DNA of 64,000 nucleotides from an uncultured Candidatus Saccharibacteria bacterium (GCA_964592365.1 CAZQDL010000001.1:13198-77197); one strand, 5' to 3'. Shown: positions 1 to 10,252, counted from the first letter of the stretch. Numbers and translations are program-made. Notes: generated from the letters alone by a model not told the origin.

Positions 1-45
1 GGAGGTATCGTGAATGAAGATTAATGTCTTTGTTCACGGTTTTTA

Positions 46-924
46 TCATGCACCTTTTCCAATCTTCCATTTACCACCTTCTTGAAAAGCTGGTATGGTT
101 TGTCTTTTTGCTTTATTTAGCAAATTTGAATAAGAAATTTTTCTATACTCTGCATATTCTTTAAGTGAAATAATATCTTCACCCTTAAGATAGCTTATTC
201 TTTTATGGTAACTATTCATAAGCGCAATACCAATGATATTTTCCATAGTCTCAGTTGATCCATCGTTATCATATTCACTGAATGCTTTATAATATTGAGT
301 ACGATCAACAAAGCGAATATTAATAGGAACATAGCCTTTTCTTAATAACAGATAATTATTCAAGACCCTTCCAATTCGTCCATTTCCATCAATAAAAGGA
401 TGGATATTTTCAAATGCTAAGTGGAACCTAGAAATTTTTCTTACAATATGCTCTGTAGTATTACTTAGGTATGCAGTGAAAACATCTTGCAACAAGTTTT
501 CAATGCGTTCAGGCGCAGGTGCAATATGATTTGCAACTTTCACATATTCTCCTTTCTCACGAAACCTCCCCGCTATGTCGTCTTGAATATTTGAAATTAG
601 CATGCGATGAAGAAGTAATATCATGCTGTTATCTAAATCATGATCCTTAGCTTTTTTATGAATATATTCAGAAACCCGAGCAAGATTTTTTGCTTCAAAA
701 AGCTCACGCTCACTTATATACCTATCTACATCAATTTCCATAAGAATTCTTTCTGTTTCTTCCAACGTCAAAGTACTGCTTTCAATAGCATTTGAGTTAT
801 ACACCTGCTCACTCACCTCCTTTTCATTTATCATATTAACGAGCGTTTCTTTCCCAGGAAGTAGTTGATAGTATTCATTTCGTAATTCTTCTATGCTTTT
901 ATAGAAATGCTGAATTTTAGACAT
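46..924 (-). CDS. Fic/Doc family protein (putative AMPylase)
   Basis: HPFIDGNGRIGR matches the Fic core motif HPFx(D/E)GNGR. N-terminal SNAIES resembles the inhibitory-helix motif (S/T)xxxE(G/N). Confidence 0.8.
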   Translation of the reverse strand: MSKIQHFYKSIEELRNEYYQLLPGKETLVNMINEKEVSEQVYNSNAIESSTLTLEETERILMEIDVDRYISERELFEAKNLARVSEYIHKKAKDHDLDNSMILLLHRMLISNIQDDIAGRFREKGEYVKVANHIAPAPERIENLLQDVFTAYLSNTTEHIVRKISRFHLAFENIHPFIDGNGRIGRVLNNYLLLRKGYVPINIRFVDRTQYYKAFSEYDNDGSTETMENIIGIALMNSYHKRISYLKGEDIISLKEYAEYRKISYSNLLNKAKRQTIPAFQEGGKWKIGKGA

Positions 925-983
925 ATATATATTATAGTATATTTTAACGTTTTTACAAACAAAAACGTTAAAATAAAGTAAAA

Positions 984-1031
984 AAGCAATATTTTCACGT
1001 TTTTGCTATTTATATCGTGAAAATATTGCTT
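984..1031 (-). terminator. Intrinsic terminator downstream of pgk
   Basis: 16-bp perfect inverted arms (aagcaatattttcacg / cgtgaaaatattgctt) followed by a T-run on the minus strand. Confidence 0.55.
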
Positions 1032-2179
1032 TATTTTCCTACAATCGCTTCAATACCAGGCAATGTTCCTTCAACTAAGAAATCAAGCATTGCTCCACCA
1101 CCGGTTGATACCACATCAATAGTATCAATGAGATTTGTCTCTTGCAAAACAGTTGCTGTATCACCACCTCCAGTAACTACCCATGCAGGAGCATGAGCAC
1201 AACTCTCTGCTACTGAAATTGATCCAGAAGTATATCCATCTTCATACTTCCCCATTGGACCATTCCAGAGGATAGTATCAGATGCAGCAATAATGTGTTC
1301 AAAGAGTTTTTCTGTTTCAGGGCCAATATCTAGCATAACATCATGATTTTGTATTTCATCTACTGAAACTACATCACCATCTTGATCAATAGCATCAATC
1401 ATTACGATAATCTTTTCATTATCAACGATATCACTGATATCAGTATCATCTACATACGATGCTCCAATGTTAAACCCTCGCTCTTTAAGAAACACATTAG
1501 CCAAAGCTCCCCCAATCATGGCGTATGAGATATGGGGAAGCATTTTCTTTAGTAAATCAAGCTTTGTTCCAAATTTTGCACCCCCTAGGATAAGGGAAGT
1601 TGTTCCCTCTCGTTTTGTAACGTCATACAGTGAAGATACCTCATGCACAAACTGAATACCGAAGTATGAAGGAAGTAATGATGTTACTGCATGTACACTT
1701 GCATGCTTGCGATGTGACACTGAGAAAGCATCATTTACATATATGTCACATGCGTTTGCAATATTTTTTAAATACTCTGCATCGTTATTCTCTTCACCAT
1801 CAAATTGACGAATGTTTTCTAGCATAATTACATCACCATGCCCCAAAGCTTCAATTCGTTCCTGGATCAATGACTCATCAAAATGAGGGATATACCCTAT
1901 GGTAATTTTCTGTGATAGATAATCAGCAATTGGCTTTAAACGTTCTTCTTTAGCTCGCCCAATATGACTTATTACCACAACTGAAGCCCCTTCAGATGAA
2001 AGGAAATTGATGGTTTTCAATGATGCCATAATTCTCCAATCTTCATATGGATCAACTACTCCATTTTCACCAAGAGGAGTATTTACATCAATTCGTAGCA
2101 AGACCTTTTTACCTTGCAGTGAATGCTGTTTTGCATATTGCTCAATACTATATTGTTCTACCTTATCTTTTATGTTCAT
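1031..2179 (-). CDS. pgk: Phosphoglycerate kinase
   Basis: Full-length PGK-like sequence (N-terminal hinge region, GGGA/GGGD motifs). The start is placed at the internal Met (MNIKDK). Confidence 0.88.
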   Translation of the reverse strand: MNIKDKVEQYSIEQYAKQHSLQGKKVLLRIDVNTPLGENGVVDPYEDWRIMASLKTINFLSSEGASVVVISHIGRAKEERLKPIADYLSQKITIGYIPHFDESLIQERIEALGHGDVIMLENIRQFDGEENNDAEYLKNIANACDIYVNDAFSVSHRKHASVHAVTSLLPSYFGIQFVHEVSSLYDVTKREGTTSLILGGAKFGTKLDLLKKMLPHISYAMIGGALANVFLKERGFNIGASYVDDTDISDIVDNEKIIVMIDAIDQDGDVVSVDEIQNHDVMLDIGPETEKLFEHIIAASDTILWNGPMGKYEDGYTSGSISVAESCAHAPAWVVTGGGDTATVLQETNLIDTIDVVSTGGGAMLDFLVEGTLPGIEAIVGK

Positions 2180-2201
2180 TGCTTTAGTATATATGAAAAA
2201 C

Positions 2202-2224
2202 AAAAAAGAGCAGTGCTCTTTTTT
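2202..2224 (-). terminator. Hairpin between tpiA and pgk (terminator or attenuator)
   Basis: Hairpin agagca-g-tgctct flanked by A-run and T-run. Confidence 0.5.
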
Positions 2225-2227
2225 GTT

Positions 2228-3013
2228 TTATAGTTCTTCTTCGTTTTCTACATGTGTTTCAATGAGTCTGAACATACTCATTAAGATTCTTGGGTCATGA
2301 GATACTCTTCCCACAAGGAAACCATCAGTATCAGTGTTCTTCAAAAAGTCTTCAATGTTCTTGTCATCAAGTGAACCACCGTACACAAACTTCATCTCTT
2401 CTACTGCCTTTTGTGTTCTGAAAATCTTTTTAAGTTCTTCTTTTATCACAGCAATTGATTCATTATATTGAACTGAGGTAGCAGGACTCTTCTTGTCACC
2501 TGAAATTGCCCAGATAGGTTCGTAGGCGATGATGATATTCTCAGGTTCCTTCTTTGATACCCTATCAAATACATCTTTAAGTTGCTGTTGGATTTCCTTT
2601 TTCCAATTCTTGTCTCGTTGTTCTTCTCCGATACAAATTATTGGTTTCATTCCATGTTCTAGAACTGCAGATACTTTTCGAGCCACATCTAGTTTTGTTT
2701 CTAAATGTCTTCGCTCTGAGTGCCCAAGGATAACATGACCTACCTCTGCATTCTTAATCATGAGTACTGATGTTTCTCCCGTACGTGATCCTGATTCTTC
2801 TGCATATGCATCTTGTGCTCCAACGGTATAGTTATTACTATTTACATGTTCAGCCACCTGATTTAGGTAAATATGTGGAGGACAGCAAATCATATGGGTA
2901 TGATTGAGTCTCGTTATTACGTTACGAATAGAAAGAAAAAGTCCTTCTGCTTCTTTTTGAGAAGTTACATTCATTTTCCAGTTTGCGATCAGTAATTTTT
3001 TCTTGTTAATCAT
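2228..3013 (-). CDS. tpiA: Triosephosphate isomerase
   Basis: IANWKMN start region, HSERR and the lid region are typical of TIM. Confidence 0.88.
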   Translation of the reverse strand: MINKKKLLIANWKMNVTSQKEAEGLFLSIRNVITRLNHTHMICCPPHIYLNQVAEHVNSNNYTVGAQDAYAEESGSRTGETSVLMIKNAEVGHVILGHSERRHLETKLDVARKVSAVLEHGMKPIICIGEEQRDKNWKKEIQQQLKDVFDRVSKKEPENIIIAYEPIWAISGDKKSPATSVQYNESIAVIKEELKKIFRTQKAVEEMKFVYGGSLDDKNIEDFLKNTDTDGFLVGRVSHDPRILMSMFRLIETHVENEEEL

Positions 3014-3049
3014 AGTACTTGTAGTATACCACACACATAGTGTTTAGCC

Positions 3050-6000
3050 CTATTTTTTAACAAAATTAAGCACTTTTGGCTCAAAAAGCTTTGGCATTTG
3101 CATATCTATATATATAGTTTCACCATCTGGATTAAGTTCTTCTGGAAGATATACCGTATGCTCACGCTGAAATGAAATACCTATTTCATATACATCATCA
3201 AAAACATATGGGCGTATATCAATTAGCTGTTCCCTATACGGATGAACACTAACTTCAATTACTCTATTTGCGAGATATAGCTGTACCGTTGATGAGCCTG
3301 TTCCTTCAAGAAGTAATTGCTTTCCCTTTAGAGATTCAGATGAGGTTAATGTCATTTGATACATTCCTTGTTCATCTCCTTTAGGCAAGGTTCCATCTAT
3401 TAATTCCATCTGTGAGATTGACCCTACCCCTTCAACACGTCCATCTTGAATATCATAATCAAGAAGTTCCCATGATGATGGAAGAAATACGTCAACAGAA
3501 TCTTCAAGAGGGATAATATCTATGTTTGTTGAACTTTCTGTTAATGGAAGAAACTGTTCATCATTTGGAAAAAACGGTTCACTAAAAGATGGAAGAGATA
3601 TTTCTTGCTGTCCAGGAATACCTCTATGTGTCTGGTATGACAAGATGAGCTTTTCAGAAGAAAGTGATTCGTTTGGAATACGAACCTCTTGAATACTTTC
3701 AGGCAAAAGATTTCCTAAAGAAATACCATTACTTATCTGAACATCATACAATGCATATTCTCTTATATTCCTAAGCTGCAAAAGAAGATCATCATCAGAA
3801 AGGATATAGCTTACATCTATATCATTAAACATATTTTCTACCACATGAGCTAAAGACTTCTGCTCGTTTCTGTTATTAAATATTCCCCTTGCATCATCTG
3901 GCTGATCAAGGACAAAGGGATTGTTGTAACCCTCAGGTACTGGCTGTGCCCAGTTATCATGTGATTGGAAGATAAAAGCTCCTGAAAATCCCCTATTGAT
4001 AATATTCATCCACTGTTCTTTGAGTCTAATGGCTCTAAGTACTGGATCAGTTTTTTCATAGAACGCTTCAAATCCACCTAACTCTGTTGCGATCACTGGT
4101 TTTTCAAAGCTTTGTAGAATATCAAGAGATTTTTCCCAGTATGTCTCTCCCGTATCAAGCATATTCACCCCTAAAACTGAAGATGGATAATTAATACTTG
4201 GATAGAAACTAGCATAGCTTGAAAGCTGTTCGTATTCAGCATCATTAATATCATCTAGCATCTGGAAAATAGTATTGATACGATCTACTGAATGAATTTC
4301 TATCTCGTTTCCTAAACTTATCGAAAGTATATGAGGGTTACTTCCATATTTCTCTTGTAGACGATCATATCTATTTAGCAATCCCAAAGATCCTCGTAAC
4401 CAGATATCAGTTGATTTCCAATTTGATCGTGCTGGTTGTATCATTGCAAACATCATATGTTCATCAAGTGCCTTCAGAAATTGCTTGTTAGGTGCATGAT
4501 ATATTCGTATTGCATTAGCTCCAAGAGAGGTAATAAGTTGCATACCTTCTTGATGTGAAAGTCCAACTGATCGTTGTGTATATGCACCAACAATACCCTT
4601 TACCAAAAAGGGTTCCCCATTTAGATAGATTGTTCCATTTCTTGTTTCAATGTGTCTGGTATTAAATTCTGTTGATACACGGCAAGAAGTTTCAGGAATT
4701 GATATGGATATAGCATACTCTTCAAACCCTAATGGAAATTTCTTTGTGATGGCTGTAGAACCATTAACCAAGGGATGTGTCTCTTCAATATCATTAATAT
4801 GAAGGATAATCATTTCCTGTTCTGTGTTTGCCGTAACTTCAATATCAACAACAATTTGGTCGCCCTCAATATTCTTTTGAATATCAAAATCAATAGCGTT
4901 ATGTGAAAAATAGCTAAGCCATGGATTTTTACAAGAATTAGGAGAAAATATATGACTGATATATCCATATACAACAATTCCTAATATCAAAAAAAGTATC
5001 CCAATTTTTCTATATGGAAATTGCTTTACTGTATTTCGGCTAATTGGTTTCCAATTAAATCTCTTTAAAAGAGCATCTCCAAAACCAAGAAGGAAGGTAT
5101 ACATATCTACAATTACCATAAAGGGGTAGCTTAAGATGATCACAAGCATTTGCTTTTTTGAAAACGATTGAAAGAAATAGTTTGACCTAATTGCAAACAA
5201 CAAAGGAAGAACAAAAGCTATGGCAACAATCACACCTAACCAATCTTGTAGGTATGGAAAACTGATAAGTGAATAATATATGTCACTGCCCTGAAGAAAC
5301 ATAACAGAAAGAAAACCAATAATTGTTAATGGGAAAGAAATAAAGGTTCCAAATATAGTTCCAATTGCAACCAAAGAAGCCTTCCGTTCCATTATCAAGG
5401 AAACTAGAAATACGATGAGGATACTTGATACCACAATATACATCTGTAATGATGAAGTTAATTGCAGAAAAACAAAGGTATTAATTGCGATAAGAGGAAC
5501 TACTGAAAGTACAGGAACAATGAATACCAAACTATGTAACAGCATTATCAATCTTTGCTTTGTATCAATGTTTTGAGAAAGGAAAATGTTTTTGAAGAAA
5601 TTAAAGGCAATCCTGTTGTGACCTGCTGACCATCTTCTTCTTCGTGCGATATAGTCAACCAATCGAGGAGATACACTTTCTGAAGATCCAAGGTGTGATA
5701 TATATCCAATACGGTGACCAGCAAGAATAAGTTGGTAACTTAGATAAGTATCTTCAGTAATGGAATTACTAAATCCATATTCTTTCAAGATATCAGTTTT
5801 GAAAAGTGCTGTTGTACCTGTAAAAAAAGAACTCCCGTGATAATAACGGATAAGATGGTTCATCATTTCATTTCCTACATGGTTTTGTAAACTGTCCAAT
5901 AGTTGGAAAAACCCTTTTGTAGATTTAGCTCTTCTTACCCCCTGTACAGCGACAACCATATGGGTATCTAAGTATGAAACAGAAGATGAAACTACAGCAG

Positions 6001-6421
6001 GATCAGCAATGTGATCAGCATCAATAAGGAAGGTGTAGTCTGTATGTATTTTGGGAATAATAGCATTTAACTTATCCTTTTTTGCTGAAAATCCTGTAGA
6101 CACTACATTTATTTGATGCCTAGTTTTGTTCTCTTGTATTAACTTAGTAACATATTGATACGAAGTATCAGATTCTGATTTTACAAGTATATAGATGAAT
6201 AACGTTCCAAGATATTTCTGTTTTAACAGTGACTCAATTACGGCTACGATTTCTTCACCTTCATTGTGGCATGGGATAAGGACTGAAATATCTTTATCTG
6301 AAGAATCTATCTCTTCACTTTCAGAAGAAGACATTTTTGCACTTAACAGAAGAGGAAAAAGAACATATCCTGTAACTCCAAACAGGATAACGATAACTAA
6401 AGCAATAATAACTGAAAGCAT
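3050..6421 (-). CDS. Family-2 processive glycosyltransferase (synthase-like) fused to a C-terminal clan GH-A glycoside hydrolase-like domain, with multiple TM segments
   Basis: The N-terminal part has a DAD motif and RRRRWSAGH (Q/RxxRW), which are GT2 processive synthase features. The central part has at least 6 TM helices. The C-terminal part has LGNEIE (acid/base) and IATELGG (nucleophile), which are motifs typical of clan GH-A (GH5/GH2-like). Confidence 0.6.
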   Translation of the reverse strand: MLSVIIALVIVILFGVTGYVLFPLLLSAKMSSSESEEIDSSDKDISVLIPCHNEGEEIVAVIESLLKQKYLGTLFIYILVKSESDTSYQYVTKLIQENKTRHQINVVSTGFSAKKDKLNAIIPKIHTDYTFLIDADHIADPAVVSSSVSYLDTHMVVAVQGVRRAKSTKGFFQLLDSLQNHVGNEMMNHLIRYYHGSSFFTGTTALFKTDILKEYGFSNSITEDTYLSYQLILAGHRIGYISHLGSSESVSPRLVDYIARRRRWSAGHNRIAFNFFKNIFLSQNIDTKQRLIMLLHSLVFIVPVLSVVPLIAINTFVFLQLTSSLQMYIVVSSILIVFLVSLIMERKASLVAIGTIFGTFISFPLTIIGFLSVMFLQGSDIYYSLISFPYLQDWLGVIVAIAFVLPLLFAIRSNYFFQSFSKKQMLVIILSYPFMVIVDMYTFLLGFGDALLKRFNWKPISRNTVKQFPYRKIGILFLILGIVVYGYISHIFSPNSCKNPWLSYFSHNAIDFDIQKNIEGDQIVVDIEVTANTEQEMIILHINDIEETHPLVNGSTAITKKFPLGFEEYAISISIPETSCRVSTEFNTRHIETRNGTIYLNGEPFLVKGIVGAYTQRSVGLSHQEGMQLITSLGANAIRIYHAPNKQFLKALDEHMMFAMIQPARSNWKSTDIWLRGSLGLLNRYDRLQEKYGSNPHILSISLGNEIEIHSVDRINTIFQMLDDINDAEYEQLSSYASFYPSINYPSSVLGVNMLDTGETYWEKSLDILQSFEKPVIATELGGFEAFYEKTDPVLRAIRLKEQWMNIINRGFSGAFIFQSHDNWAQPVPEGYNNPFVLDQPDDARGIFNNRNEQKSLAHVVENMFNDIDVSYILSDDDLLLQLRNIREYALYDVQISNGISLGNLLPESIQEVRIPNESLSSEKLILSYQTHRGIPGQQEISLPSFSEPFFPNDEQFLPLTESSTNIDIIPLEDSVDVFLPSSWELLDYDIQDGRVEGVGSISQMELIDGTLPKGDEQGMYQMTLTSSESLKGKQLLLEGTGSSTVQLYLANRVIEVSVHPYREQLIDIRPYVFDDVYEIGISFQREHTVYLPEELNPDGETIYIDMQMPKLFEPKVLNFVKK

Positions 6422-6482
6422 ACTCCTATAGTATAGAATATCACTACCCTGTCTAGAAATATAAAAACACCTTTCGGTGTTT

Positions 6483-8177
6483 TTATTGTGATACTCCCCA
6501 AATACATGTTGGACCTAATGATCGATAACAATAGCCACTTGGATCTCCAGGTCTACAACTATCAGATACATATGGCATAGGTTGGCCAGTGAAGTCCACG
6601 TCTTCTGGCGGTACAAGCACGGTAATCATTCCATATGAGTGAATAGCATAATCGTTTTCAACTCCAGGATATGGCTCCATTGCAAATACAGGAGTTGACC
6701 ATAGATCTACATCATTTTCATAAAATCCAACCTTACCTTGATTCCAGTAATATGTATTATTATTACATGTAGATTTTGTAGTCATACTAGAACAAAGTGT
6801 TCTTGCTAATGAGTACGCTGAGTTAGTTTGAGGATTAGGACCCAACTCACTATATTGCAAAGGATAACATCCTGCAGTTCCAATATCTTCAATTACTGGC
6901 TTTGGATCTTTTATCTCGTCAGGCTCAGGTGTACATGCTCTAGTTGCTGAAGGTTTCACTCCAGTACACAGTGAATCATCAACCACTGTTCCTGTCTGAT
7001 TTTGACATCTTACCGTTTGAGTTTGAACTCCATCTGAAGCACTTGTCCAACCACACTGTGCGTACGCAGTACATGATGTCTGTGTTGTCTTTGATGAACA
7101 ATATCCTGTTTCTATTGGTACCTGTTCCCACGAACATCCTGCTGTAGTTCCACACTGTGTTTGAGAAAGTGATGTACAAGAATTTTGAGTATTTATACTT
7201 GCTGAACCACTAGGGTTTCCACTTGTCTGAAGTGGTTGATTGCTTTGAATAGTATTTCCGGTCCAATTACAGCTTCCGTTTACTACACTGAATTCATCAT
7301 ATCTCCAAGAGTTTCCAGAGACATATACTTCGTAACATGAACCTGATGGTGAGTAATACAAACCATCAAGTTCAGCGATCAACAAATCTTGTAAACCGCC
7401 TCCAAGTACATTAGTGGTTTTGAATCGTTGCCCCTCAGTCCAATTAAACTCATCACCATCCCAATTTATATATGTAGAAGTAGTATATGTCCCAATACAA
7501 CTATTACCATAGTTTGTATACAGTGCATCTTTAGTTGGATCATTAATATCGCTACAAGTATCAGTAGCAAATCCACTACATGCTCCCCAATCACCTACCT
7601 GAACCCATTGATATGTATCTGTTGTTGGAGTAACAGGTGCTGAACAGTTTTGTCCATTTGCAGGGTCATATACCCCACAACGTAGAAATGAACCTGATTC
7701 ATTAACACATGTACAATATGTTGTTGGGTCATCATTGTATAGAACAAGTGATTGAATCTGGATATCACCATCAATTTGAAGCTTTGCAATATTTGGAACT
7801 GGACTAGCAAAGCCAATATTTACTGAATTGTTAAGTGGAGTTCTTTGTGTCTTGTTATCTTCATTAAGTGCATTAAATTCAGCATTTCCATACGTAAGTA
7901 CGCTATCAAAGAGTGTATCTCCTGCTGATCTAAATTTTATATCTTTAGTATTGAAAGCAATGGCTTCTTCACTATCTTTAAAGAAAGTAAAGATTTGAGG
8001 TCGATCTTTAGCCCCCACCTGGAATCGAGACAAACGCCCTCCACTTCCATCAGTTTTAATTAAATTACTTGATGTGTAATTCTGTGCTCCTGCTGATTGA
8101 GTAAGAATAAGTAGTGCTGCTAAAGCTACTACTGAAATAGCACCCGCAACAACCTTTTTAATGACTTTGTTATTCAT
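6483..8177 (-). CDS. Secreted Cys-rich, Ser/Thr-rich protein with a TSR-like module
   Basis: Signal peptide (MNNKVIKKVVAGAISVVALAALLILTQSAGA). The C-terminal region carries CGWTSASDGVQTQTVRCQNQTGTVVDDSLCTGVKPSATRAC, which is shared with two neighbouring proteins. Confidence 0.6.
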   Translation of the reverse strand: MNNKVIKKVVAGAISVVALAALLILTQSAGAQNYTSSNLIKTDGSGGRLSRFQVGAKDRPQIFTFFKDSEEAIAFNTKDIKFRSAGDTLFDSVLTYGNAEFNALNEDNKTQRTPLNNSVNIGFASPVPNIAKLQIDGDIQIQSLVLYNDDPTTYCTCVNESGSFLRCGVYDPANGQNCSAPVTPTTDTYQWVQVGDWGACSGFATDTCSDINDPTKDALYTNYGNSCIGTYTTSTYINWDGDEFNWTEGQRFKTTNVLGGGLQDLLIAELDGLYYSPSGSCYEVYVSGNSWRYDEFSVVNGSCNWTGNTIQSNQPLQTSGNPSGSASINTQNSCTSLSQTQCGTTAGCSWEQVPIETGYCSSKTTQTSCTAYAQCGWTSASDGVQTQTVRCQNQTGTVVDDSLCTGVKPSATRACTPEPDEIKDPKPVIEDIGTAGCYPLQYSELGPNPQTNSAYSLARTLCSSMTTKSTCNNNTYYWNQGKVGFYENDVDLWSTPVFAMEPYPGVENDYAIHSYGMITVLVPPEDVDFTGQPMPYVSDSCRPGDPSGYCYRSLGPTCIWGVSQ

Positions 8178-8327
8178 ATCTGCAATTATATCACAGCTTG
8201 ATAAAAAATAACCATATGTGGATATCTTTTTCAGACATATTGCCGTTTTCATTGTTTAAATGTATAATTTTGACAGAAACGCAGAAAGTCTGTGTAAATA
8301 ATCTTTTACAAAAAAAATCCAACACGC

Positions 8328-10208
8328 ATGAAAAACTTTATTTTCTCATTGATTCTGACGGTGTTAGGATCAATGTTTGGCTACTCGCAAGAGTTGCCTA
8401 AAACGACAGCGCAACTATCTGTTGCTCAATCTATTGATAGATTTGCATATATACATAGTAGCTATAGGAATAATCATTCACTTATGGCTGGGGTTATCAT
8501 CAATGATGATGACTTCCCATCACTAAGATTAGATAATTTTAGTATATTAGAATCTTTTCGTAACCCACTTGATACCCCTGATTTTCCGTACTTTCCAACA
8601 GAGACAAGTATTTCAAATACATTAGGGAGTATTATAGGTAACGTAAATATTTCAGAAAATCATGATAATCAAGTGCGAATTTCGATCGTTAACATTAATG
8701 ATGGGTCTGTTGTGAAACAATTCACCCTAAGAAACATGAAGATTGGAGCCATGGTACGTAATCATATGCTCGTAAATGACGATTATTTGTACATACTATT
8801 GTCAGGTAATCAAAATTCTTCAACCATTGAAGATGGATATACTGGCTTTCCATTTAGTATTTCAAAAGGAACTAGATTGAATCATGACACACCAATATTG
8901 CTTCAAGTGAGGATCTCTGATTTCAGAGTAAAAACTTACGCCTTCCCCGAAGGAACAATGTTTAAAAGAGGTAATTTAACTGCCGATGAAGATGGAAACA
9001 TCTATTTACAAGCAGTAGATTCTTTGATTTCTGAGACCTTCTATTTATTAGGTCTTAATACTGAACTTGAAGTACTATTCAAATCACCTGAAATTGCCAG
9101 AGTTAAATATGATGTAGATTTGTTTAAAACTCAAATGTTACATGCAAAAATACTCGGTAATGAATATCTTGTATATTGGAATGGTGTAGCTCCTGGGATA
9201 TATAACATATCAAGAGGAGAAAACATCATTAGTACTGATTTGAAAACAGGTCTTGACTGGTCAGAAGAAATCCAATTCCACGATGTGAATATTGAATCAA
9301 TACATCACATTCCTGGAACAGATAAATTCTTACTCGTAAGACAAGTAGGAGTACATGAACGAGTTCTTCCATGGATGCAAGTAGTAAATATCTATGGAGA
9401 AAGAACTCTATTCTTCAGAGAAAGAATTGAACGTACAAAAAATGGTGTCTCTTCATTCTCTCGCCCGTATATTATCGGTTCATATTTTGATGATCAAAAA
9501 AATCTTCACTATATGGCCATGTATAACGAGGGGGGAATAGCATCTCTTAATGGAACCACCATCGCAGATGGTACCCAAGCAGATGATACGGCTATTATTT
9601 TCAAAGGAACTCTTCAAGGAATAGATGTAAATTTCTCTTCAAAAGGAGGACTTGAGAATTTTATTCCACAAAGTGGTTCTGTAACGTACGATAGTTCTGA
9701 TGGAAATAATAATGTGGTCTATTCAGGAGTTTCTGATGTATCTAATATTATTGTAAATCGCCAAGTAGCTGAAGGCTATACGGCGGTTCCTGATAGCTAT
9801 GTTCCTAGTAACGGAAGTAACTTTGTTTTTAATGCTGATTTCAGTAATAAAAGAGTTCAAAGAACAGCAATTGCGAATATCGTAAATGGCAAAGGGCAAA
9901 CAACTAGAGATCTTGATATTATAATGATAGTAAGAGAATTTGCTGATGAAAATCTATCAACTGAAGTTTTCAATGAAAATGATTTTGCTGTTTATCCAAA
10001 TCCAGCAAGTGATGAGGTGTCAGTAAGGTTTGATAGTGATGTTGAGATTAACGTTAAGATATACAATTTAATGGGCCAACTAATTTATAGAAAAACTAAT
10101 ATTTTTTCTGGAGAATCAGTTGATGTTTCATCTTTCGCAAGAGGGATGTATATTGTACACTTTTCAAATAACGAGAAGAGTATAAGTAAAAAAATCGTTC
10201 TTCAATAG
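8328..10208 (+). CDS. Secreted protein with a T9SS/Por-type C-terminal sorting domain
   Basis: N-terminal signal peptide. The last ~80 aa (DFAVYPNPASDEVSVRFDSDVEINVKIYNLMGQLIYRKTNIFSGESVDVSSFARGMYIVHFSNNEKSISKKIVLQ) match the Por_Secre_tail/TIGR04183 pattern. Confidence 0.6.
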   Translation: MKNFIFSLILTVLGSMFGYSQELPKTTAQLSVAQSIDRFAYIHSSYRNNHSLMAGVIINDDDFPSLRLDNFSILESFRNPLDTPDFPYFPTETSISNTLGSIIGNVNISENHDNQVRISIVNINDGSVVKQFTLRNMKIGAMVRNHMLVNDDYLYILLSGNQNSSTIEDGYTGFPFSISKGTRLNHDTPILLQVRISDFRVKTYAFPEGTMFKRGNLTADEDGNIYLQAVDSLISETFYLLGLNTELEVLFKSPEIARVKYDVDLFKTQMLHAKILGNEYLVYWNGVAPGIYNISRGENIISTDLKTGLDWSEEIQFHDVNIESIHHIPGTDKFLLVRQVGVHERVLPWMQVVNIYGERTLFFRERIERTKNGVSSFSRPYIIGSYFDDQKNLHYMAMYNEGGIASLNGTTIADGTQADDTAIIFKGTLQGIDVNFSSKGGLENFIPQSGSVTYDSSDGNNNVVYSGVSDVSNIIVNRQVAEGYTAVPDSYVPSNGSNFVFNADFSNKRVQRTAIANIVNGKGQTTRDLDIIMIVREFADENLSTEVFNENDFAVYPNPASDEVSVRFDSDVEINVKIYNLMGQLIYRKTNIFSGESVDVSSFARGMYIVHFSNNEKSISKKIVLQ

Positions 10209-10220
10209 AAGGACAACATA

Positions 10221-10247
10221 AAAAGCGTCATAATGACGCTTTTTTTT
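10221..10247. terminator. Bidirectional intrinsic terminator between convergent genes
   Basis: aaaaagcgtca-taa-tgacgctttttttt. Confidence 0.65.
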
Positions 10248-10252
10248 GTACC

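Noticed and set aside
46-1031. Fic toxin-antitoxin module
   Set aside because: No small antitoxin ORF is adjacent. The downstream space is occupied by terminators and pgk.
1467-1827. Small plus-strand ORFs (62-65 aa) inside pgk. Similar antisense ORFs occur at 6944-7179, 7428-7816, 42227-42838, 57931-59413 and elsewhere.
   Set aside because: They are antisense to strongly supported genes, low-complexity, and lack signals of their own. They are typical six-frame noise.
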